DNA of 64,000 bases from Candidatus Krumholzibacteriota bacterium (GTDB taxonomy: Bacteria > Krumholzibacteriota > Krumholzibacteriia > JAJRXK01). Shown piece by piece: positions 59,019 to 64,000 of the stretch. The notes beneath the pieces are model-generated. The model was not told where the DNA came from, did no database searches, and saw only the letters and a list, made by a program, of their open reading frames with translations. The stretch spans positions 352,001 through 416,000 of the forward strand of contig CAVXTH010000005.1 in assembly GCA_963764625.1 (NCBI GenBank), read 5' to 3'. Position numbers and translations under genes: made by a program. The first letter of the stretch is position 1. The number at the start of each line of letters is the position of its first letter.

Positions 59019-61535
59019 ATGCGCCACAGAGTCGCCTTCACGCTTCTGACCCTCGGATGGATGACTCTGCTTCTCGGGATGGCAAAGCTCGCGCCCGCGG
59101 CGGATGCGGGGGCCCGCCCTCTCGACACCGTGGTCGGCGCGAAGCTCCGCTTTCTGCAAAACCAAAGAGAACTCGGCAAGGCGCCCCTGGCAGCGGATCC
59201 GCTGCTTGGGGTCACGATTCGTCTGGAATGGCCTCCCACGAGCGCCCTTCTCGGCGAGCTTCAGCGCGAAGGCGCAGTGTTCTATCCGGCACCGGCCGCC
59301 TCCGTCACTCCCGATGCGGGCGTCGCGCGAGGGCCGAACGGTTTGATCTTGGGCGGCCGAACTGTGTTTCCGGCGCGGGTCAGACTCTCTCAGCTCGAGC
59401 GGCTCAGCGCGGTGGCGGGTGTGCTGCGGGTGGAGACGGCCTGGACGCCAAGGCGCGTGCCACCTTTGTACGAGACCCGAACTCTGTCCGGAGTCGACGG
59501 AGCCTGGACCACGCTGGATCCCAACGGGGCCTTTCTCGACGGAAGCGGAGTGCTCTTGGCCGATCTCGATACGGGCATCGATCTGCGCCACCCCGACTTC
59601 TGGCACGGAGACGGCGGCGTCTACTCCTGGATCGACCAGGACCAGAGCGGAGATCTGAACCCGGGGGACGCGGTCGACGTGAATCACAACGGGATCGCGG
59701 ACCCCGGCGAGACTCTCGCCTGGTGGATCGCCCCGGGAAACGCTCCGGGTCTGGACAGCAGTTTCCAGCTGCAGATCGACCACCTCTACCAGGACCTCAA
59801 CGGGAACGGTATGCGCGACTTCGGCGCACCGGCCTTCAGCGACAGCGATCCCTGTTTCGGCGAACCTCTGTTTCGCGCCAACGACGAAAATGCGGATGGA
59901 ATTCTTCAGGTGGGCGAGACCCTGACCATGCTCTCGACCTGTAAGGTGAAAGCGGTGTGGGAACGAGACGACACGGTCCGGACTCTGGGCGTCGATCTCA
60001 TCCAAAATGAGGGGGACACCTTCGGGCACGGAACCAACGTGGGCAGCATCCTGCTCGGAGGCACAAAGGGACGCGTGTACGCAGGCTTCGCGCCCGGCGC
60101 CGATCTCATCAACGCCAATCTGGATTATTTCCCCGAGCATCCCTTCGTCACTCCCCTGGACGTACGCATGGCGTGGGCCGCAGCTCTGGGAGCGGACATC
60201 TTCGTCTATGAGGATGGAGAGTGGATCTGGGAATTTCTCGACGGCTCTTCCAACGTCGAAGTTCTTTTGAACGAACTCGCGGCGGAGGGCAGCATCCACG
60301 TGGCGGCGGCGGGGAACCTCGCTGCGGGAAACATGCACTGGGAAGGCGAGCTGGGGGACGCGATCGGGGATAGCGTCGAAACTTTCCTTGGGGTCAGCTC
60401 GCCCACGGGAACAGACGTGGGAGTGGTATGGGGCGATTTCTACTATCTCGATCCTTCGAGCGATGCGATCGAATTCTCCTGCCAAGCTCCTTCGGGACCA
60501 CCGGTATCACTCGGAGGAACGGGAAGCACCACCAACTCGGGGAATTTCAGCATCTACACCGCCGAGGATCTCAGCCCACGGGGAACCCGCCGGGTGGACT
60601 TCCGCCTGGAAGCCATCGTGAAGGGATCCGCCGGCACCCGGGCCCTGGACGGCACCTGGCGCTTCGTGGCACGACGCGTGAGCGCGGCGGCGTCGACTTC
60701 CGTTGATGGACAAACAGGGAAGAGAGAGCTCGTACAGACCACGCGCCTGAATGCCATGAGCTGGGACAACCTCTCGGGATGGTTCGGACGCGCCACCTGG
60801 CAGAACCCCGTGATCACTGGCACCGTCACCTGGCCCGGGACCGCGGATTCGGCGATCACCGTCGCGGCCTACAGTCCTCAGAATGGAGACATCAACTCGT
60901 TCAGCGGAAGGGGAAAGCGCGTCGATGGCGTCTCCCTCGTCGATTTGGCTGCCCCGGGCAGCACCACCTTTACCGGACAACGCTATCAGAGCTCGGGCGG
61001 TGTGGCGGGAGGTTACGGTTCTTTCGGCGGCACCAGCGCGGCCACTCCGCACGTGGCGGGCGCCGCCGCTCTGCTCAAGCAGTGGGATCCCAGCCTCGGA
61101 TCGGGGGAGATGCGTGCACTGCTGCGCGGCGGAGCCACCCTCGATGCCTTCACTGGCCCCGCGCCCAACGACACCTGGGGCGCGGGCAAGTTGAACGTCT
61201 ACGGCAGCATTCTCTCTTCGGCCACGTCGACTCCCGCGGCCACGCCCGCCGCCCGGCGGGAACCGGTCGTGCGGGCGAACGTACCAAACCCTTTCAACCC
61301 CTCGACCCTGATCCGCTACGAGCTTCCGGTGGCGGGACAGGTGCAAGTCGACATCCTCGACCTCAAAGGCCGAAGAATCGTCGTGCTCCACGAGGGATTG
61401 CAGACGGCCGGTTCCCAAGAGCTTCGCTGGGACGGACGCGATGCGAGCGGAGGTCAGGTGGCCAGCGGCATCTACCTGGTGCGCGTGCGCGAAGACGGTC
61501 GCGAGGCGGCCCGCAAGGTCACGCTTCTGAAATGA
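59019..61535 (+). CDS. Secreted S8 subtilase with DxDxDG-type Ca-binding insert and C-terminal FlgD-Ig tail
   Basis: Signal peptide; DLDTGID (Asp), GHGTNVG (His), AAAGN, GTSAATP (Ser); PNPFNP...WDGRD...VASGIY...KVTLLK. Confidence 0.9.
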   Translation: MRHRVAFTLLTLGWMTLLLGMAKLAPAADAGARPLDTVVGAKLRFLQNQRELGKAPLAADPLLGVTIRLEWPPTSALLGELQREGAVFYPAPAASVTPDAGVARGPNGLILGGRTVFPARVRLSQLERLSAVAGVLRVETAWTPRRVPPLYETRTLSGVDGAWTTLDPNGAFLDGSGVLLADLDTGIDLRHPDFWHGDGGVYSWIDQDQSGDLNPGDAVDVNHNGIADPGETLAWWIAPGNAPGLDSSFQLQIDHLYQDLNGNGMRDFGAPAFSDSDPCFGEPLFRANDENADGILQVGETLTMLSTCKVKAVWERDDTVRTLGVDLIQNEGDTFGHGTNVGSILLGGTKGRVYAGFAPGADLINANLDYFPEHPFVTPLDVRMAWAAALGADIFVYEDGEWIWEFLDGSSNVEVLLNELAAEGSIHVAAAGNLAAGNMHWEGELGDAIGDSVETFLGVSSPTGTDVGVVWGDFYYLDPSSDAIEFSCQAPSGPPVSLGGTGSTTNSGNFSIYTAEDLSPRGTRRVDFRLEAIVKGSAGTRALDGTWRFVARRVSAAASTSVDGQTGKRELVQTTRLNAMSWDNLSGWFGRATWQNPVITGTVTWPGTADSAITVAAYSPQNGDINSFSGRGKRVDGVSLVDLAAPGSTTFTGQRYQSSGGVAGGYGSFGGTSAATPHVAGAAALLKQWDPSLGSGEMRALLRGGATLDAFTGPAPNDTWGAGKLNVYGSILSSATSTPAATPAARREPVVRANVPNPFNPSTLIRYELPVAGQVQVDILDLKGRRIVVLHEGLQTAGSQELRWDGRDASGGQVASGIYLVRVREDGREAARKVTLLK

Positions 61536-61616
61536 CGGGAACTCGATTGAGGTCTGGACCTCGGCCGCTTCCCTGGTACACTCTCAATTCACTGAATCGG
61601 CGAAGGAAGAGCGAGC

Positions 61617-61970
61617 ATGCAAATCAAACAGCGTCGCGCCGGCGAGGTCTCCATTCTCGAACTCTCGCCGGCCCACACGGGCGACTACTCGAACGAACTG
61701 TTCCGCCCTCAGATCGAGAGCGTGTTGGCCGAAGGGACCAAGTGCATCCTCTTCGACCTCTCCCGCATGACCTGGATCAATAGCACCCAACTCGGGTTAC
61801 TCATTTTCGCGCATCGTCTGATGGATGAGCAAAAAGGGAAGCTGGCCCTCACCGGAGCCAACGCTCGAATCCGGGATCTCATGAAAGTAGTGGGGGTCCT
61901 CGGGTCGTGGAACGTCTACGAGAACGAAGAAGCCGCGTTGGACTTCTTGCGCCAGGATCAGAGCGCCTGA
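61617..61970 (+). CDS. STAS-domain anti-anti-sigma factor
   Basis: LFDLSRMTWINSTQLG with the conserved phospho-Ser position; 117 aa. Confidence 0.85.
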   Translation: MQIKQRRAGEVSILELSPAHTGDYSNELFRPQIESVLAEGTKCILFDLSRMTWINSTQLGLLIFAHRLMDEQKGKLALTGANARIRDLMKVVGVLGSWNVYENEEAALDFLRQDQSA

Positions 61971-61989
61971 GCGAGAGTCGAGTCCGCGA

Positions 61990-62466
61990 TCACTTGATCA
62001 ATTTTCGCAGTTTGGCCGCGACGCGCTTGCCCAATTGTTCGTCCATGGTCGCGACGATGCTTCTCACCAGTTGAAGTCCGTCCTGCTCCCCCGCCCAGTG
62101 TTCGAGGATGACGTCTTCCCCTACGCTATCCACCAACTTGTCGATCGCCAGCGCCGCGAACGCCACGTCGTCGATGAAGCCCAAAGGACCGAAGATCGCC
62201 TCGGGGATGAGATCGATAGGAGAGATGAAGTACCCGATGACCAAGCCCATGGTGAGTTTGCCTTGCGCCGGGGTGCGGCGATCGGTCAAGAGCTTGCAAC
62301 ACAGATGAAAGAGATCGGGCGCCGCGAGTACGAAAGAGGCGGCTTTATTCGTCTTGAGATCGCGCCCGGCCGCCCACTCGCTCACCCGCGCGCGTAGTTT
62401 CTGATAGAAGTCGCGCCGTTGTGTCTCGCTGGGAATCTCTGTTCCTTCGGCGTCATGATCCGCCAT
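61990..62466 (-). CDS. YkvA/DUF1232 family protein
   Basis: YFISPIDLIPE...LGFIDD. Confidence 0.88.
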   Translation of the reverse strand: MADHDAEGTEIPSETQRRDFYQKLRARVSEWAAGRDLKTNKAASFVLAAPDLFHLCCKLLTDRRTPAQGKLTMGLVIGYFISPIDLIPEAIFGPLGFIDDVAFAALAIDKLVDSVGEDVILEHWAGEQDGLQLVRSIVATMDEQLGKRVAAKLRKLIK

Positions 62467-62487
62467 GCGTTCCTCGTCTCTCTCGCT

Positions 62488-63117
62488 TCAAACCAGATCG
62501 GACGGCGGTTTGGGCGCCTCGTCCTCTCCCCAACGAGATTGGAGCTCGCAGGGAATCTCGAGCCGGTCGCAGATGCGTTGAACCACGAAATCGACCAGAT
62601 CCCCGATCTCGCGAGGGCGCTGATAGAAGCCGGGCGAGGCGGGCATGACGGTGGCCCCGGCGCGCGCGAGTTGCCGCATGTTCTCCAGGTGAATCAGACT
62701 GAGCGGCGTCTCGCGTACCAGAAGCAAAAGAGGTCGTTTCTCTTTGAGCATCACGTCGGCGGCCCGAGCGGCGAGGCCGTCGCTGGTTCCCGCCGCGATA
62801 CGGCCCAAAGTACCGGTGGAGCAAGGCACGATGGCCATGCCCCGGTAGCGCGCGCTTCCACTGGCCATGGGAGCATTGAAATCGTCCTTCGCAAAACGGT
62901 GAATCCGTCCGCGACTCCCGGAAGAGAGTTGCCCCAGAGTATCCTCCAGGGTTTGACCCAATTCGAGACGACACACGCTGTCGGCGTTCGGGGAACACAC
63001 CAGATGCACGTCGATGTTCTGCTTCAACACCACTTCGAGAAGCCGTCGCCAATAGGGAGCACCACTCGCGCCAGTGATGGCCAGAGCCAAGGGGAGTTCG
63101 CACACCGATTGTTCCAT
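62488..63117 (-). CDS. ubiX: Flavin prenyltransferase
   Basis: AITGASGAPY, APMASGS, VPCSTGTLGRIAAG, RAADVMLKE, RETPLSLIHLEN, PASPGFY. Confidence 0.95.
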   Translation of the reverse strand: MEQSVCELPLALAITGASGAPYWRRLLEVVLKQNIDVHLVCSPNADSVCRLELGQTLEDTLGQLSSGSRGRIHRFAKDDFNAPMASGSARYRGMAIVPCSTGTLGRIAAGTSDGLAARAADVMLKEKRPLLLLVRETPLSLIHLENMRQLARAGATVMPASPGFYQRPREIGDLVDFVVQRICDRLEIPCELQSRWGEDEAPKPPSDLV

Positions 63118-63136
63118 CCTCGCCACCAAGTGCTCC

Positions 63137-64000
63137 TTAGGAATCGATTTGCTCGGCCAAAAGAGCGAAGCTCTTCTCGGCCACGTCGAGAGTCTTCGCG
63201 ATTTCGGCTTCGCCGTGGGCGAGGCTCAAGAACCACGCTTCATAGGGCGAAGGCGCCAGGTAGACGCCGTGCTCCAACATGGCCGCATGGAAACGATAGA
63301 AACGATCTCCGGCCGCTGCCTGCGCATCGGCGAAATTGCGTACCGGCGAAGCACTGAAGTACATCCCCGCCATGCTGCCGACGTGGGGGGTCTGGATTTG
63401 AAGTCCATGCTTCGCGGCCCGCTCGCGCAGGCCCGTGGTGAGCTTCTCGGTCATGGCGGAGAGCTTCGTGAAGTTCTTCGGATCGCGAAACAGCACTTCC
63501 AGGGTCTTCAATCCCGCGCTCACGGCCAAAGGGTTCCCGCTGAGTGTGCCGGCTTGGTAGATGGGACCGCTGGGACTCACCGCTTTCATATATTCGCGCT
63601 TTCCGCCGTAGGCGCCCACCGGAAGACCGCCCCCGATGACCTTGCCCAGAGTGGTGAGATCGGGTTCGACCTTGAAGTAGCCTTGCGCGCAGGCAGGCCC
63701 CACGCGAAAGCCAGTCATGACTTCGTCGAAGATGAGGAGCGCTCCACTCTGGTCGCAGAGGCTCCGCAGACCCTCGAGGAATCCCGGTTCGGGCAGAACA
63801 CAGCCCATGTTTCCCGCCACCGGCTCCACGATGATGGCCGCGATCTCATCTTCGCTCTTGGCGAAGATCTCCTGCGCCTCCTCCAGGTCGTTGTAGGCGC
63901 AGGTGAGGGTATCCTGGGCGGCTCCCCTGGGCACGCCGGGTGAGCTGGGCGTGCCGAAGGTTGCCAAACCACTTCCGGCGGAAATGAGAAAGCTGTCGCC
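63137..64000 (-). CDS. hemL: Glutamate-1-semialdehyde 2,1-aminomutase (5'-partial)
   Basis: DSFLISAGSG, VEPVAGNMG, IFDEVMTGFR, LGKVIGGGLPVGAYGG, YQAGTLSGNP. Confidence 0.95.
   Translation of the reverse strand, partial: GDSFLISAGSGLATFGTPSSPGVPRGAAQDTLTCAYNDLEEAQEIFAKSEDEIAAIIVEPVAGNMGCVLPEPGFLEGLRSLCDQSGALLIFDEVMTGFRVGPACAQGYFKVEPDLTTLGKVIGGGLPVGAYGGKREYMKAVSPSGPIYQAGTLSGNPLAVSAGLKTLEVLFRDPKNFTKLSAMTEKLTTGLRERAAKHGLQIQTPHVGSMAGMYFSASPVRNFADAQAAAGDRFYRFHAAMLEHGVYLAPSPYEAWFLSLAHGEAEIAKTLDVAEKSFALLAEQIDS

Noticed and set aside
1-64000. CRISPR arrays, tRNA/rRNA, IS elements, prophage or defence islands
   Set aside because: No regularly spaced repeats, cloverleafs, transposases, integrases or recognisable defence genes seen.

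Overview
High-GC bacterial chromosome segment with no rRNA, tRNA, CRISPR array, transposase or phage genes. Three secreted proteins end in a PNPFNP/FlgD-Ig (T9SS type-A-like) tail, and one ends in an 'STSFGQLKAGF' motif. Together these suggest an uncultured FCB-group lineage such as Krumholzibacteria/Eisenbacteria/Latescibacteria (inference, not a database result). Content, left to right: (i) two S9 peptidases, a group-II PLP decarboxylase and a very large FlgD-tailed surface protein; (ii) an HAD-ECH fusion and a thioester-bearing alpha-2-macroglobulin; (iii) a mixed operon with a pseudo-hydrolase, a 3'-5' exonuclease, a squalene/phytoene synthase-like protein and an RlmD-type methyltransferase; (iv) archaeal-type topoisomerase VI with elbB between top6B and top6A; (v) a TPP-II-like subtilase preceded by an unannotated ~240-nt structured RNA and terminator; (vi) scattered futalosine-pathway genes (mqnC, mqnA, ubiA/mqnP, ubiX) plus an MqnE-like protein lacking the radical-SAM cysteines; (vii) a ~17-kb variant anaerobic purine-degradation cluster (two Xdh systems, SsnA, YgeY, YgeW, shortened YgfK, two fold-type-II PLP enzymes) head-to-head with lutABC; (viii) more FlgD-tailed peptidases and a partial hemL. 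About ten single-base frameshifts split seven otherwise intact genes and look like long-read sequencing errors.
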